Below the pieces are notes generated by a model. That model searched no databases. It was not told the DNA's origin and saw only the letters and a program-made list of their open reading frames with translations. Made by a program: the position numbers and the translations under genes. From NCBI GenBank assembly GCA_037481835.1, contig JBBFKW010000002.1:64001-128000 (forward strand): a stretch of DNA of 64,000 nt, read 5' to 3'. Every line of letters begins with the position of its first letter. Position 1 is the stretch's first letter. The stretch comes from Desulfosoma sp. (lineage in GTDB: Bacteria; Desulfobacterota; Syntrophobacteria; Syntrophobacterales; DSM-9756). Shown in pieces: positions 55,843 to 64,000 of this stretch.

Positions 55843-56313
55843 TCATTCGCCGCGAACCAAGGTCACGAATTCCACGCGCGTCGCCGCCACTCGGCCGGCT
55901 TCGCGCCGTTGCGCTTCCTGTTTTCGTCTCCACAGGGGATCGACGAAGGCAGCCGTGAGGTGTTCCCTCTTTTTCGGGTCCTGAAGTTGGGCGTCCAAAA
56001 CGGCGGCGATTTCCGCATGGCGCGGGCGCCGCCCCAAGACCATGGCTGTTCCCAAGCGACCGTCCCGGTCACTGACCGAGCATCGCGTCACGGTCACTTC
56101 TCCCACGTAGAAACGTTCCCCTTCGCCGCCGACTCGGGCCTGTACCATGAGCAACCCGATTTCGGGGCCATGAACCACGGCGTATTCAGGTTTGGGCTCG
56201 TAGCGATCCCAAAAGAGTTGGAGATCCTCCGAATCCGCTTCTGCCAAAACGGTCATCCATCGGCGGCGGGCCTCTTGCATTTCTTTTTCAACACCGGATG
56301 AGATGGGTTCCAT
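55843..56313 (-). CDS. phnG: C-P lyase subunit PhnG
   Basis: RRRWMTVLA, PEIGLLMVQARVGG, FYVGEVTVTRC, AATRVEFVTLVRGE. This is the C-terminal part of the 561-aa track ORF. Confidence 0.93.
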   Translation of the reverse strand: MEPISSGVEKEMQEARRRWMTVLAEADSEDLQLFWDRYEPKPEYAVVHGPEIGLLMVQARVGGEGERFYVGEVTVTRCSVSDRDGRLGTAMVLGRRPRHAEIAAVLDAQLQDPKKREHLTAAFVDPLWRRKQEAQRREAGRVAATRVEFVTLVRGE

Positions 56314-56324
56314 GGGGTGCCCTC

Positions 56325-57470
56325 TCAAATAAAACGGCGGCGCAGCTTGGCGCACAAGGTGTCGATGATCGTGACGGCCAAAATGACCATACCCATCATG
56401 GTGGCCACATCCCGGTACTGGTAACTGCTGATCTTGTCGAACATGAGAAAGCCGATACCCCCTGCACCGCAAAAGCCCAGAATGGTGGCGCTGCGCACAT
56501 TGGATTCGAACCGCAGAAGGCTGTAGCTCACGACCAAAGGCATGACTTGGGGCATGACGGCAAAGGAGAGCACCTGCAGCGGACCGGCTCCGGTGGCCGA
56601 GACCGCCTCCGCTTGCCCCGGTTCGATGGCTTCGATGGCTTCGCTGAAGACCTTGCCTAGGATGCCGAAAGTATGGATGGCGAGGGCCATGACGCCGGCA
56701 AAAGGCCCTAGCCCGATGACCGCGACGAAAACGAGAGCCATGACGAATTCGTTGAAACCGCGGCAAAAATCCAAGAGTCGACGGATGGTGAATTGGCACG
56801 CGCGGCGCAGCGTGCGATAAATCCATCCTTCGCCGGGAAAGAAAATTTCCAAAGTGTTCCGTGCCGCAAAAAAAGATACGGGCAGAGCCCACAAGACGGC
56901 GAGCAGGCTTCCCCAGATGGCGATGGCCACCGTCTCCATAAGGGACACGGCATAGGACTTGATGTTGGATGCACTGGTCTGGGGAGGAAAGAAGCCGCCC
57001 CGTTTTTCCGTCACAAGGCGTTTGAATTCTTTGTCCGCGAGACTGCGGCGTTCTTCCTCGGGCATGGCGGCCAAACGCTTTTCCGCCAGGGCTTTGGCCT
57101 CCCGTAACAACGCCGAGGATTCTGCAAGGCGTCCCGACGCATGGGCCTTGGCTTTGATTTCCTGAAGAATTTCCTGGGTCAGAATAATCTCCGGCATGCG
57201 TTCGGCCTGCCGGCGCGCCTCCTCCAGTTCCTCGACCGTAAGTTCGCGGCCGAAAAGATAAGTCCAGGCGTGATGCCGTTTCTCCCAAAGCTTCAAGGGG
57301 TCGATTCCGGTGCGGACATAAGTGACGCCCAGAACGAGCAGGATGGCCCCGAGCATCAAAGCCTTTTTCACATGCTGCACGGTTACAGGAGACCCAGCTC
57401 TTGAAGGGGCTCTCACTTCGACAACGTCCATAACGGCCTTCCCGGGAGACGCCGGCAGGCGTTCCCCCAT
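56325..57470 (-). CDS. phnE: Phosphonate ABC permease PhnE with an extra helical insert
   Basis: FFPP, ETVAIA, GLGPFAG, GKVFSEAIE, RFESNVRSATILG..GAGGIG. Confidence 0.93.
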   Translation of the reverse strand: MGERLPASPGKAVMDVVEVRAPSRAGSPVTVQHVKKALMLGAILLVLGVTYVRTGIDPLKLWEKRHHAWTYLFGRELTVEELEEARRQAERMPEIILTQEILQEIKAKAHASGRLAESSALLREAKALAEKRLAAMPEEERRSLADKEFKRLVTEKRGGFFPPQTSASNIKSYAVSLMETVAIAIWGSLLAVLWALPVSFFAARNTLEIFFPGEGWIYRTLRRACQFTIRRLLDFCRGFNEFVMALVFVAVIGLGPFAGVMALAIHTFGILGKVFSEAIEAIEPGQAEAVSATGAGPLQVLSFAVMPQVMPLVVSYSLLRFESNVRSATILGFCGAGGIGFLMFDKISSYQYRDVATMMGMVILAVTIIDTLCAKLRRRFI

Positions 57471-57534
57471 TACTTTTCCGCCGAAGGGCTGCCGCAGGGA
57501 TCAGGGCGGGAGCCGGCTTCGGCAGCACAAGGAT

Positions 57535-58425
57535 TTAAGACGCTTGAGCCAACTGTTTTTTGAGCTGGTTGAGATAGCGAATGACGTCGTAGACCGAGTC
57601 GTCGGCCGGGCCGTAACCGCCGATCTGAAGTTTTTCCAAAGCGGGTTTGTCGGCGTTGAACATCATCAAAGCCCCGGCGAAGGCGGCCTTCAGGCTTTCG
57701 GGGAGATCCTTTCGAGCGCACATGGGCGATCCGGGGATGAGTTCCGACTTCCACAGAACGGTAAAATCGTCAAAGGACGCCTGCCCTTTTTCGCTCATGC
57801 GGTTAATGTCGATGTTGTTTGTGGCCGCCACATCGATGGAACCGTTCTTGACGGCCAGAATGCTTGCCCCGTGGGAGCCGGAAAATTTGACGTCCTTAAA
57901 GTACTGCTTCGGGTCCACTTTCAGGTCCCGGTAAAAAAGCAGGTTCGGCACCAAGTACCCAGAAGTGGAGTTGGGGTCGGTGAAGGCAAAGACCTTGCCC
58001 TTGGCGTCCTCCAATTTTTCGATCCCTGAGCCTTTCTTGGCAATGATGACGCCGTAGTATCCCGGCTCACCCGAGGTGTCTTTCTCCATGGCCAAAGCGA
58101 CGGCTCCCGCCTTTTCTGAAGCTTCCACGTAGCTCTTGGGGCCAAGATAGGCAAAGTCGATGTGTTTATGGGCCATGGCCGTGATGACACCCGCATAATC
58201 GGAAGCACTCTGAGCCTCGACCTTGACTCCCAGGGTTTTTTCCAGGTGCTTGATGAGCGGCTCAAATCTCTTGACGATGTCCGCTCCCCCTTCGGTGGGA
58301 ATCAGTCCGATACGCACGGTTTGGGGCCACGAGTCCGGGTTGGCCATGGAAACGGACGAGCCGAAGCTTGCCAAGAAGCCTAAAATCACCCCGTAAAAAA
58401 CCAAGCTCTTTTGCCACAGGTTCAT
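57535..58425 (-). CDS. phnD: Phosphonate ABC substrate-binding protein PhnD
   Basis: Signal peptide; GLIPTE, DYAGVI, GPKSY, DPNSTSGYLVP, GSH. Confidence 0.94.
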   Translation of the reverse strand: MNLWQKSLVFYGVILGFLASFGSSVSMANPDSWPQTVRIGLIPTEGGADIVKRFEPLIKHLEKTLGVKVEAQSASDYAGVITAMAHKHIDFAYLGPKSYVEASEKAGAVALAMEKDTSGEPGYYGVIIAKKGSGIEKLEDAKGKVFAFTDPNSTSGYLVPNLLFYRDLKVDPKQYFKDVKFSGSHGASILAVKNGSIDVAATNNIDINRMSEKGQASFDDFTVLWKSELIPGSPMCARKDLPESLKAAFAGALMMFNADKPALEKLQIGGYGPADDSVYDVIRYLNQLKKQLAQAS

Positions 58426-58466
58426 TTTCGCTCTCCTCCTTTTTCAATAATCTGCCTCATGATCCC

Positions 58467-59297
58467 TTACGCACAGGCCAGGGCCTCCTCCCTTGCCACG
58501 GGGCATCGACCCTGATAGATGTGAGCCACCGTCTCCTCGTCCAAAAGAGACGCCTCACCGTCAAAGACCACCCGCCCTGCGCTCATTCCCATGACCCTTT
58601 TGGCGTAACGTTTGACGAAGTCCAAATGATGCAGGTTGACCACCACGGGAATGCCTTTCCTTTCGTGAATTTCCTGAAGGAGGCTCATGACCGTCGAAGC
58701 GCTTCGCGGGTCCAGGCTGGCAATGGGTTCATCGGCCAAAATGACATCCGGTTCCTGGGCCAGGACCCGGGCGATGGCCACGCGTTGCTGTTGTCCGCCC
58801 GAGAGGCGGTCGGCGCGCTGAGAGGCCAGGTTCGCAATGCCCACTTCAGCCAGGCAGTGCAGGGCGTAGTCTTTTTCGTGTTTGGAAAAGAACCGGGCGA
58901 GGGACAAGGTGTGAAGCACGGGGGAATTTTGAAACCGCAAACGCCCCGCCAGAACGTTTTCCAAAACCGTCAACCTACTGACCAAGTGAAACTGTTGGAA
59001 AATCATGCCAACCCGGCGCCTCACCCGCTGCAAGGCCTTGCCGGACACGGTGGTGATGTCCTCGCCAAGAAGGATCAGCCGCCCGGATGTGGGCTCCAGA
59101 AGCCTGTTGAGGCAGCGCAGCAGGGTGGACTTTCCGGCTCCGGAACACCCGATGATAATGAGAAAATCGTCGGCGAGGAGATCGAAACTGACGTTGTCGA
59201 CCGCTAAGGTTCCCGATGGGTAGCGCTTGACCAAATTTCGGACCTGGAAGACGGGGTCCGCGTTGAGGCAGTTCAGGGACGACGCTGCTAGACGCAT
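58467..59297 (-). CDS. phnC: Phosphonate ABC ATPase PhnC
   Basis: [41 protein letters not shown]. Start uncertain by a few codons. Confidence 0.94.
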   Translation of the reverse strand: MRLAASSLNCLNADPVFQVRNLVKRYPSGTLAVDNVSFDLLADDFLIIIGCSGAGKSTLLRCLNRLLEPTSGRLILLGEDITTVSGKALQRVRRRVGMIFQQFHLVSRLTVLENVLAGRLRFQNSPVLHTLSLARFFSKHEKDYALHCLAEVGIANLASQRADRLSGGQQQRVAIARVLAQEPDVILADEPIASLDPRSASTVMSLLQEIHERKGIPVVVNLHHLDFVKRYAKRVMGMSAGRVVFDGEASLLDEETVAHIYQGRCPVAREEALACA

Positions 59298-60526
59298 GAC
59301 GAACACTCCTTGTCGGCAGAGTTTTTCTTATTGGGCGCGAACGAGTGAAAGCGCTGAAGCTCCGTCCCTTTCGGCCCGGCTTCGTACACGAGTCGCCCCG
59401 CGACCCACAATCGGGTCACTCGGGCCCATGGTCCGTGGACCTCGACGACGGCCACATCCGCGGGGTACCCAGGTTTGAGAAAACCGCAGGGGACGGTCCG
59501 GGAAAGAAGGCCGGCCGGTCCTGAGGTCACGTGAGCCAGGCAAAGGTCCAAAGGGGTGGCGCACAGCCGGTGAAGGACGAAGGGTGCCTGGAGCAGGCAC
59601 TCCGGGTAATAGTCGCTGACCAGAGCGTCGGTAAGCCCCATGGAGACCGCTTCCCGTGCGCTCAGATGGCTGTTGGAGGACGCCCCGCGAACGACGTTGG
59701 GCGCGCCGACCAGGACCGCCATGGCCCGATCCTTGGCTTCCCGGGCCGCCTCGGCCGTCACGGGGAATTCAGAGCCGCAGGCACCGAGATCATGGACGAA
59801 GCCCACTTTTTCCCGGCTGTCGTCATCATGGCTCAGGAGTGGGGTGCGGCATCGGGATGCAGCCTCCGCAATGCGTCCCACATCCCGCCAAGCCTGATCC
59901 CTTTTACGGACTTTGGCCGCGGCCATGGAGGCCGTTTCGTCAGGGCTGAGCTTGTACGTACCCGAATAGTAGCGATGAAAGGCCTCAAAACTACGGAACT
60001 GCCCCTGACCGGGAGTGTGGTCCATGATGGAGACCATGTCCAAAAGGCCTTCGAGCAAAAGACGTTCAAAGATTTCTCGCGCCTTGTCCGAACCCACTTC
60101 AAAACGCCCGTGAACGCAATGGCGGACCGAAGAATGGCCGGAGGCGTCAAAAGCCTTGATGAGCCGCACAAGGGCTTCGGCCCTGTCCGGCGATCGAAGG
60201 CCGAGCTCGTTGTCTGCGAAGCTGATGGCGTGACAAAACGTGGTGATCCCGGAGGCGGCAAGCCTTCGATCCAGGGTGGTTAGGGCGAAATCCGGCTCAA
60301 AGAGCACCCCGGGGCGCATTTCGATGCATTTTTCCAAAACATCCGAGTGAAGGTCTACGAGCCCCGGGAGGATGAGGCCCCCGCGGACGTCCACGGAAAC
60401 CGTCCCCTGGGAAGGGCCGTCGACGCCATGCACTTCGAGGACGCCCGTGTGATCGAAGACGATTCGTCCTCGGTCGTAAAGCCTTTCGCCGTCAAACAAG
60501 GGACCGCCGTAAAGACGCGTTCTCAT
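59288..60526 (-). CDS. phnM: Alpha-D-ribose 1-methylphosphonate 5-triphosphate diphosphatase PhnM
   Basis: LPGLVDLHSD, GITT, MDHTPGQGQF, SHDD, EFP, GAPNVVRG, SDYYP. ATGA overlap with the GNAT gene. Confidence 0.95.
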   Translation of the reverse strand: MRTRLYGGPLFDGERLYDRGRIVFDHTGVLEVHGVDGPSQGTVSVDVRGGLILPGLVDLHSDVLEKCIEMRPGVLFEPDFALTTLDRRLAASGITTFCHAISFADNELGLRSPDRAEALVRLIKAFDASGHSSVRHCVHGRFEVGSDKAREIFERLLLEGLLDMVSIMDHTPGQGQFRSFEAFHRYYSGTYKLSPDETASMAAAKVRKRDQAWRDVGRIAEAASRCRTPLLSHDDDSREKVGFVHDLGACGSEFPVTAEAAREAKDRAMAVLVGAPNVVRGASSNSHLSAREAVSMGLTDALVSDYYPECLLQAPFVLHRLCATPLDLCLAHVTSGPAGLLSRTVPCGFLKPGYPADVAVVEVHGPWARVTRLWVAGRLVYEAGPKGTELQRFHSFAPNKKNSADKECSSCV

Positions 60527-61065
60527 GGCACCTCCTCGACCGGCGACAAAAAAGCGCCTGCGTTGTCGCCGCAACACAGGGCTCGACACGTGGGCGCATC
60601 GATGCGGTAGACTCTGGACCGGGCATCCCGAAAGCCCGCTTTCTCGTAAAAACCCCGCCGTGTGCTTTCCCGCTCCTCGCTGGTCACGACTTCCAGCCGG
60701 ACCGCGCGGCAACTGCGGGCATACGCTACGGCATGCGACGAAAGGGCTCGGCCCACACCCCGCCCCCGCCATTCGGGGCGGACAACGAGCTCTTCGATGG
60801 TCACCTGTTCTCCTCCAAGACGCAGGCAGAGATGGCGGCGCACGGTGATCATGCCGATGATGCGGCCTTCCGGATGGGAGACGGCCAGAACGCAGCGATA
60901 CGCCGGATCGTGGAAGAGCTCAAGGCAGACAAGCTGAAGGCGATCCATGGGAACGTCATATCCCAAGGCGTTCAGGAGTTCGCGGATGGATTCCAGATCC
61001 TTCAGACGAGCGTTCCGAAAAACGAAGGGTGTCTCTTCCGCACGGGAGGGCGCATCGGCTATCAT
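60523..61065 (-). CDS. GNAT acetyltransferase, probably PhnO-like aminoalkylphosphonate N-acetyltransferase
   Basis: LGY, IEELVVRPEWRGRGVG, FYEKAGF. First gene of the phn operon; GAGGAG RBS. Confidence 0.75.
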   Translation of the reverse strand: MIADAPSRAEETPFVFRNARLKDLESIRELLNALGYDVPMDRLQLVCLELFHDPAYRCVLAVSHPEGRIIGMITVRRHLCLRLGGEQVTIEELVVRPEWRGRGVGRALSSHAVAYARSCRAVRLEVVTSEERESTRRGFYEKAGFRDARSRVYRIDAPTCRALCCGDNAGAFLSPVEEVP

Positions 61066-61132
61066 GATCGCTCCTCGAAAAAAGGCGACTTTCAGGGGCC
61101 TCATTCACTCCGGGGCCATTGAAAGCTTCCCA

Positions 61133-61171
61133 TGTGACGCGATCGTGACCCTACCGTGAAAATCCAGTGAC
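61133..61171 (-). promoter_or_regulatory. Four Pho-box-like repeats upstream of the phn operon
   Basis: Plus strand TGTGAC(61133), CGTGAC(61144), CGTGAA(61155), AGTGAC(61166) = minus-strand GTCACT/TTCACG/GTCACG/GTCACA at an 11-bp period. Confidence 0.82.
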
Positions 61172-61387
61172 AGGGCTTCGGGATGAAGAGGTGTTCCAGG
61201 GGCGGCCTGAGGGGCGGGACGGTAGGAATTCATGGGAGGCGGGAAGCCGGCGGGGGTTTTTCGCCCCACGAGGCTCCCCGCGGTGATGGGTAACGCCGCC
61301 GCCCGATGTCCGGGGTGACGCCCGAAGGCCGCGGTCCCGGAAGGGACCGCGCCTGTGCCGGACCGGCCGAGCCTTCCGGCGTTTTCT

Positions 61388-61681
61388 TTAGGGTTCGCAG
61401 TAAATGGGCTCGCCCATTTCCTTAAACGAAAAATTGTAAAAAACGTTGTGTCCGTTGTAGTCCAGGACCCGCAGGTCGTCTGTTTGGTTCAGATCGCCCA
61501 GCACGATGTTGAACTGGAGGCCGTACTTCTGTTTCACCGATTCCAGAGGCAGTTCCCGGGCGATAAATTTCTTGATCCCCTTATTGTTGAGTTTTTCGAT
61601 GAATTTCGGGTCTTGGAACGACTCGTAGCTCGTGAGGACCAAGATGGGCCCCGTACCTGTAAAGATGATTCCGGCTTTCAT
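61388..61681 (-). CDS. Hypothetical cytosolic protein (97 aa)
   Basis: AAGGAGGA RBS; globular-looking sequence (IIFTGTGPILVLTSY..GIKKFIA..DLRVLDYNGH). Confidence 0.8.
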   Translation of the reverse strand: MKAGIIFTGTGPILVLTSYESFQDPKFIEKLNNKGIKKFIARELPLESVKQKYGLQFNIVLGDLNQTDDLRVLDYNGHNVFYNFSFKEMGEPIYCEP

Positions 61682-61916
61682 GGCGCTTCCTCCTTTTGGG
61701 GAGGTGTGGATCCTTCCGTCCGCACCTGATCAAGGGTGGCGGCCCCTCCCCCGGGATAAGCCATGAGGACATTTGAGGATTGACAACGCACAAAAAGATG
61801 TGGAAAAGGTCGCCCGTCCCGCGGAATATCCCGTGGGGGTTTGATCATTCATAACCCCGAACTCATTTGTCCGGCAAGGTCTTGACAGGTCCCACGAAGT
61901 CCATGGGGAGGCGTCT

Positions 61917-62249
61917 ATGAAGCAATATGTCATCGATCAACTGAGGGAGTCGGACTACGACCGCATCCGGGACTACCTGGTCAATCATGCGGAATCGGCG
62001 GCCATGGAAGGTATTTACTACGTGGACCTCCCTGACACCCTGTACACGGACCTCCAAAAGTCCCACGACCGCTGCCAGCCGTACTACTTTGCGGTGAACC
62101 TCACGAGAAAGCAGGTGGGCTTCGAGTGGCTCATCCGCAGCCGAAACACGCTTCGGTGCGCCTGCATCGGCTACGCCACTCAGGAACAGCGGGACTACAT
62201 CATCGATTACGCCGACGGGATTCTGGACCTGTTGCGGATCAAGCTTTAA
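61917..62249 (+). CDS. Hypothetical protein (110 aa)
   Basis: GGAGG RBS; typical codon usage; H/C residues (HDRC, CACIGYAT). Confidence 0.8.
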   Translation: MKQYVIDQLRESDYDRIRDYLVNHAESAAMEGIYYVDLPDTLYTDLQKSHDRCQPYYFAVNLTRKQVGFEWLIRSRNTLRCACIGYATQEQRDYIIDYADGILDLLRIKL

Positions 62250-62279
62250 AAAACCCCGCCTGCTCGCAAGGGTCCTTGG

Positions 62280-63203
62280 GTGGAAGGCTTTGACGCAGAC
62301 TCCGCACCTTATCTCCTGCCGACGGAACACCCGTGGGAGGCTCTTTCGCCCATTCCCCTAAAGGGTCGAAGGGTTCTTGCCGTCGCGGGAAGCGGCGACA
62401 TTCCCTTGTTGTTCGCGTCCCGGGATCCGGCGTCCCTTGAAGTGGTGGACGTGTCTCGAAGGGCCTGCTTTCTCGCGGAGCTGAAAAGAGCGGCCTACAG
62501 GCATCTTCCAAGGCGGGAGTTTCTGCGGTTTTTCTTCGCCGACGCGGTTCCTTCGGTTTATCTTCTGGATAATGCCAAGGAGACCTCCACCCCGGAGCCT
62601 CCCGGGAGATTGGTGCTCTACCGAACCCTGAGGCCCGATTTGACGTCTGAGGCCCAGGGCTTCTTCGATGCCTTCTTGACCGCCCAGGGCGAACAAACCA
62701 ATCCCTTCGCCCAATTCTTGAGGCCGACTGACGTCTTCCATGGGAGCCTTTTCCCGCCCTTGGTCCGTGAAGAAGCTTACCGGACCTGGGCGTACGGCGC
62801 ACGCCGGCCCTTTCCCATTCATTGCCGAGCCCTCGAAGATTTCTTGGCCGAGACGCCCTCGTGCTTTGATTTCATCTATACTTCCAACGTCTTCGAGTAC
62901 CTCCGCGCCCGTTACGTCGTCGAAGCTTCCGCGTCCGTTTTCCGGGCCTCCATGCGCTCTTTTTGGGAATCCCTGCATCGCGTCCTCTCGCCGGGGGGGC
63001 GGGTGGTTTTTTACCTGTGCCAGGGGCAGGAGACGGCCCTTTTTCCGCGGTTGCTTAAAGAACTCGCCCCGCCGCGTTCCATGAGGTATAAGAGACACCT
63101 CGTGCCGGTCATCCTTCGGCCCCCGGCGCTTCCCGGGACCGTGTGGCGCCACGTTGTCGTTTTCTTTGAGAAGGCATCTTCTAAAACACGAGAGGCTCGA
63201 TGA
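62280..63203 (+). CDS. SAM-binding protein, DUF3419/BtaA-like
   Basis: RVLAVAGSGD, VVDVS....LAELKRAAY..L...EFLRFF, FDFIYTSNVFEY, LSPGGRV. Confidence 0.62.
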   Translation: MEGFDADSAPYLLPTEHPWEALSPIPLKGRRVLAVAGSGDIPLLFASRDPASLEVVDVSRRACFLAELKRAAYRHLPRREFLRFFFADAVPSVYLLDNAKETSTPEPPGRLVLYRTLRPDLTSEAQGFFDAFLTAQGEQTNPFAQFLRPTDVFHGSLFPPLVREEAYRTWAYGARRPFPIHCRALEDFLAETPSCFDFIYTSNVFEYLRARYVVEASASVFRASMRSFWESLHRVLSPGGRVVFYLCQGQETALFPRLLKELAPPRSMRYKRHLVPVILRPPALPGTVWRHVVVFFEKASSKTREAR

Positions 63204-63697
63204 GTCGACAGCGTAAAGACCTAATGCTGGAAGCCTTCGTCGGCGAGGCTCGGGCCCATTTTCGACTCCTTTTTTACGCCGAAAAGGCCGACGAGGAAGG
63301 CTATCCCCAGATCGCCCGCCTCTTTCGGGCCATCGCCGAAGGGGAACGGATCCATGCCCGAAACCACGCCTCTCTCTTGGAATCCGTGGGATCGACGGAA
63401 GAAAACCTCCAGGCGGCGTTTCAATCGGAGTCTTTTGTGAACCAGGTGGCCTACCCCAATCTCCTGAAGGAAGCCTGGGCCTTGGATGACAAGGCCGCCA
63501 TTTGGTTCCTCACATCGGCCCGAAACGCCGAGGAGCGTCATGCCAAGCTCTACAAAATGGCCCTCCAGGACATGGTGGCCGATCGCATGACCCTCTACAC
63601 CGTATGCGGCAACTGCGGCTGGGTGGAAGAAGGCGGCCCGCCGCAGAAGTGCCCCAACTGCGGAAGAGATCGAGAGGCGTTTCGAGAGGTGTCCTGA
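63200..63697 (+). CDS. Rubrerythrin family protein
   Basis: AFVGE, AEKADEEGYPQIARLFRAIAEGERIHA, AEERHA, CGNCG..CPNC. Confidence 0.92.
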   Translation: MSRQRKDLMLEAFVGEARAHFRLLFYAEKADEEGYPQIARLFRAIAEGERIHARNHASLLESVGSTEENLQAAFQSESFVNQVAYPNLLKEAWALDDKAAIWFLTSARNAEERHAKLYKMALQDMVADRMTLYTVCGNCGWVEEGGPPQKCPNCGRDREAFREVS

Positions 63698-63747
63698 GGA
63701 TTTCCGCCGAGCTTCCTTCCTTGCCCAGAAAGGAATACGAGAGCCGT

Positions 63748-64000
63748 ATGAGTCCATTTCAGCCGGGAGAATTGGTGCTGCTCACGTCCCAGAAGGGGAA
63801 AACCTGGCTCGTGCGGGCCGGGGCCGGATCTTTTTCTTCCCACTTGGGCACCGTGGATCTTCAGGATGTGGTGGGCCGGGAAGAAGGGGAGTTTCTGGAA
63901 ACCACGCAAGGGGCCAAGGTCTTTCTCTTTCGGCCGTCTCTCGGGGATTACATCCACAAACTCAAACGGCGCACCCAGGTCATCTACCCCAAGGACATCG
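63748..64000 (+). CDS. trmI: tRNA (adenine-N1)-methyltransferase TrmI, partial
   Basis: Manual translation MSPFQPGELVLL...SHLG...RPSLGDYIHKLKRRTQVIYPKDI; runs off the right edge. Confidence 0.88.
   Translation, partial: MSPFQPGELVLLTSQKGKTWLVRAGAGSFSSHLGTVDLQDVVGREEGEFLETTQGAKVFLFRPSLGDYIHKLKRRTQVIYPKDI

Noticed and set aside
55843..57528. 561-aa ORF suggesting a PhnG fusion
   Set aside because: Only the last ~156 aa are PhnG; the rest is an off-frame overlap with phnE.
57535..59297. Phosphite uptake/oxidation (ptxABCD)
   Set aside because: No PtxD dehydrogenase, and the transporter is embedded among C-P lyase genes.
61300..61360. SRP RNA or tRNA in the hairpin tract
   Set aside because: A GGAA tetraloop is present but the SRP internal-loop consensus is not, and there is no cloverleaf or T-loop.

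Overview
GC-rich chromosomal window from a motile sulfate-reducing deltaproteobacterium. qmoABC is present; a Syntrophobacterales-like (Desulfacinum/Desulfosoma-type) host is my inference from gene content only. Left to right: (1) a minus-strand flagellar cluster (AMIN-TPR protein, sigma54 activator with a degenerate receiver domain, flgBC-fliEFGHIJ, MotE-like gene, probable fliK) with three clear sigma54 -24/-12 promoters; (2) housekeeping and envelope genes (U32 Fe-S protein, SYLF protein, glycosyltransferase, BioY ECF transporter with a BirA-like operator, lipid A acyltransferase, FG-GAP protein, two tandem paralogous porins, an aeRF1-like protein); (3) qmoABC, glcD, a CrtC/AttH-like gene and an imuB-dnaE2 mutagenesis pair; (4) the most interesting part, a ~20 kb phosphate-starvation island at 40.8-61.2 kb. 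Five separate promoters there carry GTCAC(A/G)-like direct repeats at an exact 11-bp period (Pho-box geometry). They sit upstream of PIN-PhoH, a GT4/DUF2334/flippase-like trio, a PHP-phosphoesterase-glycosyltransferase fusion plus an OlsF-like ornithine-lipid synthase, arsC, and a rearranged C-P lyase operon that ends in dksA. A DUF3419/BtaA-like gene lies just outside. The window also has a small MITE family with shared terminal inverted repeats and different interiors; two copies sit on the CTAG that forms a host stop codon. Several REP-like palindromes are present. I saw no rRNA, tRNA, CRISPR array or intact transposase. All family assignments come from motif recognition by eye, not database searches.
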